A stretch of 64,000 nucleotides of DNA from the NCBI GenBank assembly GCA_004000625.1, contig SAUS01000001.1:3639-67638 (forward strand), in the 5' to 3' direction. The stretch is from Candidatus Cibiobacter qucibialis (lineage in GTDB: Bacteria; Bacillota; Clostridia; Oscillospirales; Ruminococcaceae). Made by a program: the position numbers and the translations under genes. The notes beneath the pieces are model-generated. The model was given only the letters and a program-made list of their open reading frames with translations, made no database searches and had not been told where the DNA came from. Of the stretch, positions 1 to 9,602 are shown piece by piece; position 1 is the stretch's first letter; the number at the start of each line of letters is the position of its first letter.

Positions 1-216
1 CAGCAGAATTTGCGCTTGCAATCTGATAGGATTTGTGGTATTATAACCAACATGAGATGCAAAGGGGCAGCTACCAATACAGCTGCCCTTTTTTGCACTT
101 TTGCAGGTTCAGGCGGTAACATTGTGCGTTTTAACCGCCTGGGGCCGGGGGTTCAGCCCCAAAACAATCAGGGGCGCGGCAGAATGGCTGCGCCAATGTA
201 AGAGAGGGAAAGAATT

Positions 217-1899
217 ATGAAAAAATTTGCCTGCGCTGCGCTGAGCACTGCACTGCTGGCCAGCATGCTGGCTGCCTGCGGCAGCTCCGCATCCACCACC
301 CCGGCGGCTTCCTCCGCTGATACATCCTCCGATACCGGGGCATCTTCCACCGAAGCTGCCGCTTCCACCGGGGTTGCAGCAGATGGTTCGCTGCACGTTG
401 CCATGAACACCGATATCCAGACGATGGATGTGCACAAGACCAACAACGACTACATGGTGCCGCTGAATATCTTTGACCGCCTGTTTGAGATCAAAACCAA
501 TGCGGACGGCTCCACTGAGCTGGAGAAGAGCCTGGTGGAAGACTACACCGTTTCGGACGACGGCCTGACCTATGATTTCACCCTGCGCAGCGGTGTTACG
601 TTCTCTGACGGCACCCCGCTGACCGCCAACGATGTCAAGTATACCTTTACCCGTATGCTGGCCCTGCCGGACAGCGTGCAGACGGATTATGGCTCTGCCA
701 TTGCCGGTGCGGAAGCTGTGATGGATGGCACCGCAACCGACCTGGAAGGCATTCAGGTGATTGATGACACCCACTTTACCGTTACCCTGTCGGATCCGTT
801 TGCCGGTTTCCTGTATGAGCTGGCAACCGCTTCCTGCTCCATCATGAGCGAGAAGAACGTGGAGGAAGCAGGCGACCAGTTTGGTATGGACTGCTCCAAG
901 ACCATCGGCTCTGGCCCGTATGTGGTCACCAGCTGGACCCGCGACAGCAGCATTGTGCTGGATGCCAACCCCAACTACTGGGGCGAAAAGCCCAGCGTGC
1001 AGCATGTGGAAATTTCCATCGTGCCGGATTCTTCCACCATGAGCATGATGTTCCAGAACGGTGAGCTGGATATCCTGGACTGCGATTACATTGACGCTGC
1101 CGTTGTCAACTCTACCTACAAGACCCAGTATGCCGATGATATCGTAACCTCCAACCGTCTGGGCACCACCTACATGGCTCTGAACGAGAATGTGGAGCCG
1201 CTGAACGATGTCAAGGTCCGCAAGGCCATCCAGATGGCCATTGACCGCCAGACCATCCTGGATACCGTGTATAACGGCGATGGCAGCCTGGTGGACGGCA
1301 TTTACCCCAAAGGCCTGATCGGCTACACCGAGGATAACGAGGGTTGGCTGAAGTACGACCCCGAACAGGCCAAGAGCCTGCTGGCCGAAGCCGGTTACGC
1401 GGATGGCTTTACCATGGAGATTGCTGCCGATAACTCTAGCAGCGATTCCACTCTGCTGGTCATCCAGATCGTGCAGCAGTACCTGCAGCAGATCGGGATT
1501 AACGCTGAGATCAAGAGCTATGACCCCGCCAGCTGGCTGGATCTGCGCAAGAGCGGCGATATGGTCAGCTTTGTCAGCTCCTGGACGGCCGACTATAACG
1601 ACCCGGATAACTTCATTTACACGTTCTTCGGTACCCCCGAAAAGAGCAATGTGCGCAGCCTGAACTACTTTAACACCGACGTTATGAGCCGTGTTGCTGC
1701 CGCCCGCGGCATTGTGGACGACACCGAACGCCTGACCGAGTACGCCGCGCTGGAAAAGCAGATCGTGGAAGAGGACGCTGCATGGGTACCCATGTTCAGC
1801 CGTTCCCACCTGTTTGTTAAGGGCGACCGGATCGCCTCCTTCACCCCGCACTGGGCTGGTTATAACGATACCCAGTATATCAACGTTACCTTGAAGTAA
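217..1899 (+). CDS. ABC transporter substrate-binding lipoprotein, family 5 (oligo/dipeptide OppA/DppA-like)
   Basis: 560 aa; N-terminal lipoprotein signal with lipobox (LAAC); length and architecture of peptide/nickel SBPs; RBS GAGGGAAAG upstream; followed by two permeases and two ATPases. Confidence 0.85.
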   Translation: MKKFACAALSTALLASMLAACGSSASTTPAASSADTSSDTGASSTEAAASTGVAADGSLHVAMNTDIQTMDVHKTNNDYMVPLNIFDRLFEIKTNADGSTELEKSLVEDYTVSDDGLTYDFTLRSGVTFSDGTPLTANDVKYTFTRMLALPDSVQTDYGSAIAGAEAVMDGTATDLEGIQVIDDTHFTVTLSDPFAGFLYELATASCSIMSEKNVEEAGDQFGMDCSKTIGSGPYVVTSWTRDSSIVLDANPNYWGEKPSVQHVEISIVPDSSTMSMMFQNGELDILDCDYIDAAVVNSTYKTQYADDIVTSNRLGTTYMALNENVEPLNDVKVRKAIQMAIDRQTILDTVYNGDGSLVDGIYPKGLIGYTEDNEGWLKYDPEQAKSLLAEAGYADGFTMEIAADNSSSDSTLLVIQIVQQYLQQIGINAEIKSYDPASWLDLRKSGDMVSFVSSWTADYNDPDNFIYTFFGTPEKSNVRSLNYFNTDVMSRVAAARGIVDDTERLTEYAALEKQIVEEDAAWVPMFSRSHLFVKGDRIASFTPHWAGYNDTQYINVTLK

Positions 1900-1928
1900 T
1901 TTTTGGACAAAAAAAGTTACAAATAATG

Positions 1929-1968
1929 CAATGCAGGCTGCGACCACAGGTTGCAGCCTGCATTTTTT
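1929..1968 (+). terminator. Intrinsic terminator after SBP gene (hairpin ATGCAGGCTGC...GCAGCCTGCAT + T-run)
   Basis: Perfect 11-bp stem, short loop, followed by TTTTTT; typical partial terminator between highly expressed SBP and permease genes. Confidence 0.7.
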
Positions 1969-2077
1969 ATGTTATAATTTTAATGCTTGTATATTTTACA
2001 GCATAAAAGTGTAAAAATATACAGCCGCTCAAACAGACTGTCCATAAGGTAAAACTGCATTCTGCCTGGCAGGGACC

Positions 2078-2100
2078 GTAGGGGCGCACATTGTGCGCCC
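2078..2100. repeat. REP-like unit 'GTAGGGG + hairpin (GCGCACATTGTGCGCC)'
   Basis: Same motif (GTAGGG followed by 6-8 bp palindromic hairpin) recurs at 31024-31050, 31102-31123 (inverted), 31161-31186, 51017-51042. Confidence 0.5.
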
Positions 2101-2118
2101 ACGAACCTGAAAACTTAG

Positions 2119-2290
2119 GGCAACACCGCACAATTCCCGCCTTGCGGCTTAAGCACCGCTCCGGCAGCTGCGGCACGGCATCTGCGTTGCCAAAATGCTC
2201 GATAAGACATCCAGTATTATCTGCGCTTTTGGCTTGGCATCTGCCGCACCTCGCTCGCCGTATCGGCACTTAGAATTATGCGGTATTGCC
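2119..2290. repeat. ~172-bp palindromic intergenic repeat, copy A (terminal inverted repeats GGCAA(C/T)ACCGCACAATTC / GAATTATGCGGTATTGCC)
   Basis: Near-identical copies at 16022-16193, 26247-26417, 63191-63362; miniature at 19621-19679. Located between oppA-like SBP and first permease. Confidence 0.85.
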
Positions 2291-2426
2291 TTAGCGCTTT
2301 TTATAAAAGCGCTGTGCCGAAGCAACGCCTGCGGGGAAAATGATGTTCACCTGCACAGAGCATGGTTTTAACCGATTGGCAGTTTGGAAACAGCGGCTGT
2401 GAGGGACAAAAGGGGAGTGACTCCGT

Positions 2427-3347
2427 GTGAAAAGCGTGATAAAGCGCATTTTGGGCACCATTCCGGTGCTGATCGGCGTGGTACTGCTCATCTTCATCAT
2501 GCTGCGCATTGTTCCCGGCAATGCGGCGGCTATGCTGCTGGGTGAACATGTGGACCAGGCCACCATTGACCGCCTGACTGAAGTGATGGGGCTGGATAAG
2601 CCGGTGATCGTGCAGTTCTTTGACTATCTGGCCGGGGCGATCCATGGGGACCTGGGCATCAGTTATAAATATAACCGCGCTGTTACCGATATGATCATAG
2701 AGGCGTTCCCCTACACGCTGGAACTGGCCCTGCTGGCGGCGCTGTTCGCCTGGGTGCTGGGCCTTGGCACCGGTATTATAGCAGCCATCAGGCAGAACAG
2801 CCTTGTGGACCACCTGTTCATGGGCGTTTCGCTGGCTGGCGTTTCCATGCCTATTTTCATGGTGGCGCTGCTGCTGCAATACCTGTTTGCCTTCAAAATC
2901 AAGGCATTCCCGCTTACGCTGGATGGTACCTTCCTTTCCATGATTCTGCCCGCCATTGCCCTGGGCTGGAACAGCGCAGGCAGCATTGCCCGTATGACGC
3001 GCTCCAGCCTGCTGGAAGTGATGCAGGCGGATTATATTGATACCGCCCGTGCCAAAGGCCTGCGCAAGCAGGCGGTCATTCTGGGCCATGCGCTCAAAAA
3101 CTCCATGCTGCCGGTCATTACCATGATGGCATTGCAGTTCTCCGGCATGCTGTCCGGCGCAGTTATCACCGAGAGCATTTTTGCCATTCCCGGCATCGGC
3201 CGCCTTGCCACCACAGCAATCCAGAACCGTGATATGCCGGTGCTGCAGGGAACCGTGCTGTTTACCACCGTGCTGGTCATTGCAGGCAACCTGATTGCGG
3301 ACCTGCTGTATTCTGTGCTGGACCCGCGCATCAGAAAGGAGGCATAA
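2427..3347 (+). CDS. ABC transporter permease (OppB/DppB-like)
   Basis: 306 aa; N-terminus MKSVIKRILGTIPVLIGVVLLIFIMLRIVPG is classic OppB/DppB; GTG start with RBS AAAGGGGAG. Confidence 0.85.
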   Translation: MKSVIKRILGTIPVLIGVVLLIFIMLRIVPGNAAAMLLGEHVDQATIDRLTEVMGLDKPVIVQFFDYLAGAIHGDLGISYKYNRAVTDMIIEAFPYTLELALLAALFAWVLGLGTGIIAAIRQNSLVDHLFMGVSLAGVSMPIFMVALLLQYLFAFKIKAFPLTLDGTFLSMILPAIALGWNSAGSIARMTRSSLLEVMQADYIDTARAKGLRKQAVILGHALKNSMLPVITMMALQFSGMLSGAVITESIFAIPGIGRLATTAIQNRDMPVLQGTVLFTTVLVIAGNLIADLLYSVLDPRIRKEA

Positions 3348-3350
3348 GCC

Positions 3351-4256
3351 ATGGCAGACGAAATGTTGAAAAATGCCCAGCCGCAGGAATTGGAAAGCCA
3401 GATCGGCGAAGAGGACGGCCTGAAAGAACAGCTGCTGCGCATGTGCCGCCAGAACAAGCTGGCCGCCTTTTCGGCTGTGCTGATTCTGGTTGTCATCCTG
3501 ATGGCGATTTTTGCTCCCGTTCTGGCCCCCTATGGTGAGGCTGAGCAGGACCTGATCAGCCGTTTGCAGGGCCCCAGCGCTGCCCACTGGTTTGGCACGG
3601 ATGAACTGGGCCGCGATGTGTTCTCCCGTATTCTGTATGGTTCGCGCCTCTCGCTTACCATCGGCATTCTGCCCAGCATCATCTCGCTGGTGGTGGGCAT
3701 CTTCTTTGGCCTGCTGGCCGGTTACTTTGGCGGCTGGGTGGATTATGTCATCATGCGCCTGGCGGATATCATGCTGTCCATCCCGTCCCTGCTGCTGGCC
3801 ATGGTGGTTATGTACACCCTGGGCCAGTCCACCGTCAACCTGTTTATCGCGCTTTCCCTCACCAGCTGGGCCAGTGTGGCCCGCGTGGTGCGCAGCCAGA
3901 CCCTGAGCCTGAAGGAGAGCGAATATGTTGAGGCTGCCCGTTCGATCGGCGTCAGCAACGGCAAAATCATGCTCAAGCATATCCTGCCCAACTGCATTCC
4001 CTCATTGATCGTTCTGTTTACCCTGAATGTTCCCTCTGCCATTCTGTCTGAAAGCTCGCTGAGCTTTTTGGGCATCGGCGCACAGCCCCCGGCAGCATCC
4101 TGGGGCCTGATGGTCAACCAGTCCAAGCAGTTTTTGTTCACCCAGCCCTGGCTGGCCCTGGCACCCTGCATTGCCATTATGATCGTGGTGCTGGCGTTCA
4201 ACTTTTTGGGTGACGGTCTGCGCGATGTGCTGGACCCCTACATGAAGAACCAGTAA
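3351..4256 (+). CDS. ABC transporter permease (OppC/DppC-like)
   Basis: 301 aa; multi-TM, BPD-transporter signature region; immediately follows OppB-like gene. Confidence 0.85.
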   Translation: MADEMLKNAQPQELESQIGEEDGLKEQLLRMCRQNKLAAFSAVLILVVILMAIFAPVLAPYGEAEQDLISRLQGPSAAHWFGTDELGRDVFSRILYGSRLSLTIGILPSIISLVVGIFFGLLAGYFGGWVDYVIMRLADIMLSIPSLLLAMVVMYTLGQSTVNLFIALSLTSWASVARVVRSQTLSLKESEYVEAARSIGVSNGKIMLKHILPNCIPSLIVLFTLNVPSAILSESSLSFLGIGAQPPAASWGLMVNQSKQFLFTQPWLALAPCIAIMIVVLAFNFLGDGLRDVLDPYMKNQ

Positions 4257-4276
4257 CGGCGGGGGAGAAGTAAAAG

Positions 4277-5259
4277 ATGGAAAATAATAATAATGTTCTG
4301 GAAATCCGCGGCCTGAACTCCTATTTCTTTACCGAAAAAGGCGTGGCCCCGGCGGTGGATGGCCTGGACCTGGATATTCCCAAGGGCAAGATCATCGGCC
4401 TGGTGGGGGAGAGCGGCTGCGGCAAAAGCATGACCGCCAAATCCATTATGGGCCTGCTGAAATACCCCGGCCGCGTGGCGGGCGGCAGCATCCGGTTTGA
4501 AGATCAGGACCTGACCAGACTTTCGGATAAAGAGCTGCGCAAGATCTGCGGCAATGATATTTCGATGATCTTTCAGGAGCCGATGACCAGCCTGAACCCG
4601 GTGCTCAAGGTGGGCCGCCAGGTGCGCGAAACGCTGCTGGTGCATAACCCGACCATGAGCAAGGCGGAAGCCAAGCAGCGCGTGGTGGAAATGTTCCAGC
4701 GTGTTGGCATCCCCGAAGCGGAAAAGCGCTATGACTGCTACCCGCACGAGCTTTCCGGCGGCCTGCGCCAGCGCGTGATGATTGCCATGGCCATGGTATG
4801 CAAGCCCAAGCTGCTGATTGCCGATGAGCCCACCACCGCACTGGATGTGACAATTGAAGCCCAGATCCTGCGCCTGATGAAGGAGCTGCGGGACGAAACC
4901 GGCATGAGCGTGCTGATCATCACCCATAACATGGGCGTTGTGGCGGAAATCTGTGACTATGTGTATGTCATGTACGCAGGCAAGATCATGGAACAGGCCG
5001 AAACCTTTGAGCTGTTTGACCATACCATGCACCCCTATACCAAGGGCCTGCTGGATTCCATCCCGCGCATTGGCCAGAACGCCAAGCGGCTGCACACCAT
5101 CCCCGGTGTGGTGCCCAACCTGCTGCACCTGTCGCAGGGCTGCCCGTTCAGCAACCGCTGCGAATATGCCACCGACCAATGCCGCACGGAAAAAGCGCAG
5201 CTGCATCCCGTTGCACCGGATCATCAGGTGCGCTGCTTCCGCTGTGAGGAGGAACATCA

Positions 5260-5263
<4 letters not shown>
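4277..5263 (+). CDS. Peptide ABC transporter ATP-binding protein (OppD/DppD-like)
   Basis: Walker A GESGCGKS, signature LSGGLRQR, Walker [13 protein letters not shown]; C-terminal oligopeptide-ABC extension. Confidence 0.9.
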
Positions 5264-6240
<977 letters not shown>

Positions 6241-6263
6241 GATAACACAGTGAGGAAATAACA

Positions 6264-7115
6264 ATGCAGGCAGTAATCAACGTGGCCATAGCGCCGCTTA
6301 CCACAAACCCGGCCCTCTGGGCGCAGAACCCGCAGCAATCCCGTCTGGTGGATGAGCTTTTGCTGGGCATGCCGGTGGAAATTACCGGCGAAGCCGAACA
6401 GCACATGGTACCGGTACGCACCTTTTACGGCTATACCGGCTGGGCAGCACAGGATGCTTTGCTGACTGGCCCCAAGACGGAAGAATGGCTGGTTCAGCCG
6501 CAGATGGTGGTCATAGCCCGCTGGGCTGATGTGCTGGCGGAACCCCGTGTGCAGGGGGCCTGCGTGGCTGCTGGCCTGCCCTTAGGCGCCCGCGTGGCCG
6601 TGCAGGGGGAGCCGGAAGACGGCTGGCAGGCCGTAACGCTGCCGGATGGCCGCACCGGTTACCTGCGTGCGGATGCGCTGGCCCCACTGTACACCCAGCC
6701 CTGCGAGCAGGACCAGGAAAAGCTGCGTGCAGCCATTGCCCAGGCAGCCAAGCGCTACCTTGGCACGCCCTACCGCTGGGGCGGCAAAACCCCGGCGGGC
6801 ATTGATTGCTCCGGCCTGTGCAGCATGGCATACCTGCTGTGCGGTATTTCCATCTGGCGGGATTCCGAGCTGAAAGAGGGCTACCCCATCCATCCGGCCC
6901 ATGTTTCGGATATGCGCGTGGGAGATCTGGTGTATTTCCCCGGCCATGTGGCGCTCTATCTTGGCAATGGAGAGTACATTCATTCCACCGCGCGAGCAGG
7001 GGATAATGGTGTTGTGATCAACAGCTTTTACCCGGATTCCCCCCTCTACCGCCCTGACCTGCCCAAGCAGATCACCGCAGTAGGCTCCTACTTTGCCCGC
7101 CGGGAGGCAACCTGA
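6264..7115 (+). CDS. NlpC/P60 (C40) gamma-D-glutamyl-L-diamino acid endopeptidase, YkfC-like with N-terminal SH3b domains
   Basis: C-terminal NlpC/P60 catalytic motifs (GIDCSGL...H...H); size and two N-terminal SH3b-like regions as in B. subtilis YkfC, which is also encoded next to a dipeptide ABC transporter. Confidence 0.75.
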   Translation: MQAVINVAIAPLTTNPALWAQNPQQSRLVDELLLGMPVEITGEAEQHMVPVRTFYGYTGWAAQDALLTGPKTEEWLVQPQMVVIARWADVLAEPRVQGACVAAGLPLGARVAVQGEPEDGWQAVTLPDGRTGYLRADALAPLYTQPCEQDQEKLRAAIAQAAKRYLGTPYRWGGKTPAGIDCSGLCSMAYLLCGISIWRDSELKEGYPIHPAHVSDMRVGDLVYFPGHVALYLGNGEYIHSTARAGDNGVVINSFYPDSPLYRPDLPKQITAVGSYFARREAT

Positions 7116-7132
7116 TAAAATTGAAATGAAGA

Positions 7133-7170
7133 AAAGCGCCTCTCTGTGATAGGAACAGAGGGGCGCTTTG
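7133..7170 (+). terminator. Hairpin terminator after NlpC/P60 gene
   Basis: AGCGCCTCTCTG...CAGAGGGGCGCT stem followed by T-rich tract. Confidence 0.55.
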
Positions 7171-7257
7171 ATATGGATTTTATAATAAATGCGGTCAAAA
7201 GTACGGTCAGATAAAAAAACTAGACGATAAAACATACGTTTTAACGTTCAACACTTT

Positions 7258-7365
7258 GGCGGGAGCTGGTGGATTCGCCAAGCCGCGGTCTAAGCAACAG
7301 TCCGCAGGACTGTTGCTTGCCGCCTTCGGGCGGCCGACCTGTTCGAACCCTACCAGTTCCAGCAC
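7258..7365 (-). pseudogene. Degenerate tRNA-Tyr-like remnant / small structured element (two perfect hairpins incl. GCCGCC-UUCG-GGCGGC)
   Basis: Shares a 17-nt identical block (GGGAGCTGGTGGATTCG) plus GACTGT and TGCTTA segments with the adjacent tRNA-Tyr 3' half but lacks anticodon loop and part of the T-loop; cannot be folded into a cloverleaf. Confidence 0.35.
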
Positions 7366-7370
7366 AAAAA

Positions 7371-7396
7371 AAGACCCGCAACCTCAGTTGCGGATC
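7371..7396. terminator. Bidirectional hairpin terminator (GACCCGCAAC-CTCA-GTTGCGGATC) with A-run / T-run on either side
   Basis: 10-bp stem; TTTTTTT on the minus strand terminates tRNA-Tyr; TCTCTTTT on plus strand. Confidence 0.6.
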
Positions 7397-7401
7397 TCTT
7401 T

Positions 7402-7486
7402 TGGTGGGAGCTGGTGGATTCGAACCACCGAAGCATTAAGCAGCAGATTTACAGTCTGTCCCCATTGGCCACTCGGGAAAGCTCCC
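7402..7486 (-). tRNA. tRNA-Tyr (anticodon GTA), type II with long variable arm, CCA encoded
   Basis: Cloverleaf folded by hand: acceptor GGGAGCT/AGCTCCC, anticodon loop CTGTAAA, T-arm GGTGG-TTCGAAT-CCACC, discriminator A, CCA. Confidence 0.85.
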
Positions 7487-7742
7487 ATATTCATTTGTGC
7501 GCCTGCCTTAACAGTGCTTGATTAGTATATCAGAGCCTGAGCAAAAATGCAAGCCCTATTTTGAAAAAAATTGAAGTTTTTTGCTGCAATGCGGGAAAAT
7601 GGGGTAAAAGATGCTGTATAACGAACAATTTTCGCGCGAGAAGGCACAGTGGTTAATAATTTGAAGAAAAGCCCAAAAAGCCCTTGCTTTTTTGCGGCGG
7701 GTATGCTAAAATACATTTTGCAATGCCAAGGCATTGCCTTAT

Positions 7743-7826
7743 GCGGAAGTGCTGGAATCGGCAGACAGGCACGTTTGAGGTGCGTGTGTCTATGACGTGT
7801 GGGTTCAAGTCCCATCTTCCGCACCA
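7743..7826 (+). tRNA. tRNA-Leu (anticodon GAG), type II, CCA encoded
   Basis: Acceptor GCGGAAG/CTTCCGC, D-arm CTG-GAATCGGCAGA-CAG, anticodon stem CACGT/GCGTG loop TTGAGGT, variable hairpin, T-arm GTGGG-TTCAAGT-CCCAT, ACCA. Confidence 0.85.
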
Positions 7827-7828
7827 AC

Positions 7829-7870
7829 CAAAAGAGCGCTGAATCGTTGAGGTTCAGTGCTCTTTTGGTT
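7829..7870 (+). terminator. Intrinsic terminator after tRNA-Leu
   Basis: CAAAAGAGCGCTGAA...TTCAGTGCTCTTTTG hairpin followed by TTTGGTT. Confidence 0.7.
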
Positions 7871-7983
7871 TATCAGTACCCATTCTTTCAACAAAGCCTC
7901 TCACAACGTACATAGAACAAAACAGGCCGCACAGCCTGCGCCATTCTTTAATGGCGGCAGCCGTGCGGCCTGGTCTATTTGAA

Positions 7984-8877
7984 TCATTCGTAGGTGCGGC
8001 GTCCGGCAAAAATGCACAGAGGGCGGTTACACTTGCCGGTGCCCATCAGCTGGGTGGCGGCACACAGAGTTGCGCCGGCGCTGGAACAGGCGGGGATGCC
8101 GTCATAGAACAGCACCTCCCGTGCGGCGCGCTCGGCATCGGCCGAGGAGACCGTCAGCACGGTATCCACTACATAGGGGTTATAGTTTTCCGGCACAAAA
8201 CCAGGCCCGATGCCCGCAATGCTGTGGTGGCCAATGAACCCGCCGGAAATGGCGGCGCATTCGCTGGGCTCCACGGCCACAATGCGGATCATGCTGTTCC
8301 AGGCTTTCAGGTATTCCGCCACGCCGGTAATGGTGCCGCCGCTGCCCACGCCGATCACCACAGCATCGATCGCATCCCCGGCGGCTTTTAAAATCTGGGG
8401 ACCGGTCACGCGGCGGTGGTATTCGGGGTTATCATCATTGGCAAAGTAGTTGGTAAAGTAACCGTTATAGCGGGCGGCGGTGTCTTTGGCAACCTGTTCC
8501 AGCGCACGGCGGCCGCCGCTGCCGCATACCACAATGCGCGCCCCCAGGTTTTGCAGATGCTGCCTGCGGGAAAGCGGTAGGCTGCTGGGCACCACCAGAA
8601 TGCAGGGGTGGCCTGTGGTGGCGCAGCTTACCGCAAGGGCAGCGCCAAAGCTGCCGGAACTGGCTTCCACCACCGGCATACCGGGCTGCAATGTGCCGCG
8701 CTCGGTGGCAAAAGCCAGCATAGTTTCGGCCACGCCGTCCTTGCAGGTGCCGGTAGCGCCGCCGAAATCCAGATATGCCAATATGCTGGAAGCAAGTTCG
8801 TGCCGCCCGGAATACCCCGAAAGCCGCACCACCGGGGAACGGTACACGTCCTGATAATAGCTCTGCAATATTGCCAT
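7984..8877 (-). CDS. PLP-dependent cysteine synthase family protein (CysK/CysM-like)
   Basis: ~298 aa from ATG at 8877 (RBS AAGGAGG); PLP-lysine motif region (GTCKDG), glycine-rich loop GSGGT, fold II tryptophan-synthase-beta signature. Upstream part of the 363-aa ORF is unsupported. Confidence 0.75.
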   Translation of the reverse strand: MAILQSYYQDVYRSPVVRLSGYSGRHELASSILAYLDFGGATGTCKDGVAETMLAFATERGTLQPGMPVVEASSGSFGAALAVSCATTGHPCILVVPSSLPLSRRQHLQNLGARIVVCGSGGRRALEQVAKDTAARYNGYFTNYFANDDNPEYHRRVTGPQILKAAGDAIDAVVIGVGSGGTITGVAEYLKAWNSMIRIVAVEPSECAAISGGFIGHHSIAGIGPGFVPENYNPYVVDTVLTVSSADAERAAREVLFYDGIPACSSAGATLCAATQLMGTGKCNRPLCIFAGRRTYE

Positions 8878-9104
8878 AGCCTGGCAGACCTCCTTGCAAA
8901 AATCAGGCAGGGGAGAACACGCAGTCCGTAAAATCCGCCCCGTTCTGTAAATTTCACCCAATATACAACATATTATAGCATATCCGGCGCGGCTTTGTAC
9001 ATGAAAAAAACATATTTTGCCGCAGTTTTTACGGCAAAAATGCTGGGCGGGCACAAAAAGCTGAAAAAAACGCAAAAAACAGCCGGATACCGCACCTTTG
9101 GGCC

Positions 9105-9133
9105 TTGACAGTATGACTTTAGAGTGTTATAAT
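9105..9133 (+). promoter_or_regulatory. Sigma-A-type promoter for ylxM-ffh (TTGACA-17-TATAAT)
   Basis: Consensus -35 and -10 hexamers with 17-bp spacer ~70 nt upstream of ylxM start. Confidence 0.6.
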
Positions 9134-9200
9134 TCAAAAGCTGTAAAGAAAAACACTTTACAGCAGTCAGAGGAACAGACAACACAAAGGGGGCACGGCC

Positions 9201-9602
9201 GTGGCAGCCAAAGCAGGTAAGGACCTTGGGTTTTCCATCCTGCTGGATTATTACGGCATGGTCCTGACGGAAAAACAGCGCAATATTCTGACAGAATATT
9301 ATAACGATGACCTTTCGCTGGCCGAAATTGCCGAAAATTATGGCATAACCCGCCAGGGAGTACGGGATGCCATCAAGCATGGCGAAGCGACCCTGATGGA
9401 GATGGAGGAAAAGTTGGGCACTGCCCGCCGGACCGAAGCCATTCGGGCAGATCTTGCCCGGCTGGAAGAGCTTGTCAGCGAGGTGCGCGTGTGCAATACT
9501 GGGTTGTTTGAACCGGATACCCGCGTTCAGCGGGCTACCGAGGAGATGCTGACCATTATTCACCGCCTTGATACGCAGGAGGAACTGCCCGATGGCATTT
9601 GA
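9201..9602 (+). CDS. ylxM: YlxM/p13-like putative DNA-binding protein (UPF0122) found upstream of ffh
   Basis: 133 aa; conserved YDFYGxLLTxKQ-like N-terminus (LLDYYGMVLTEKQRNIL) and sigma-70 region-4-like HTH; conserved position overlapping ffh start. Confidence 0.8.
   Translation: MAAKAGKDLGFSILLDYYGMVLTEKQRNILTEYYNDDLSLAEIAENYGITRQGVRDAIKHGEATLMEMEEKLGTARRTEAIRADLARLEELVSEVRVCNTGLFEPDTRVQRATEEMLTIIHRLDTQEELPDGI

Noticed and set aside
109-1947. 612-aa ORF on the minus strand opposite the SBP gene, and similar very long antisense ORFs (9607-11037, 11620-13407, 14180-16036, 19731-20828, 21015-22463, 33504-37820, 40796-43114, 57323-58549)
   Set aside because: These ORFs lie antisense to genes with strong conserved-family signatures. 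Their own translations are low-complexity (G/A/R/H/Q-rich) and have no start-site context. They are an expected artefact of the absence of stop codons in a high-GC genome.
1967-2269. Small ORFs with shared peptide 'ERCLSRKAGIVRCC' (also 15852-16079, 26070-26339) and overlapping plus-strand ORFs 2091-2273
   Set aside because: They share sequence only because they lie inside copies of the 172-bp repeat. There is no RBS, and their lengths and reading frames differ between copies.
7256-7400. Possibility that the structured element next to tRNA-Tyr is SRP (4.5S) RNA, tmRNA or 6S RNA (ffh is 2 kb away)
   Set aside because: It lacks the universally conserved SRP domain-IV motif (AGGAAGCAGC with GNRA tetraloop). 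It has no tmRNA tRNA-like 3' end or tag reading frame. It is too short for RNase P or tmRNA. Its best similarity is to the adjacent tRNA-Tyr.
7984-9075. Full 363-aa extent of the CysK-like ORF
   Set aside because: The N-terminal 66 codons have no homology and run through the promoter region. An ATG with a perfect AAGGAGG RBS at 8877 gives a normal-length (~298 aa) CysK-family protein.
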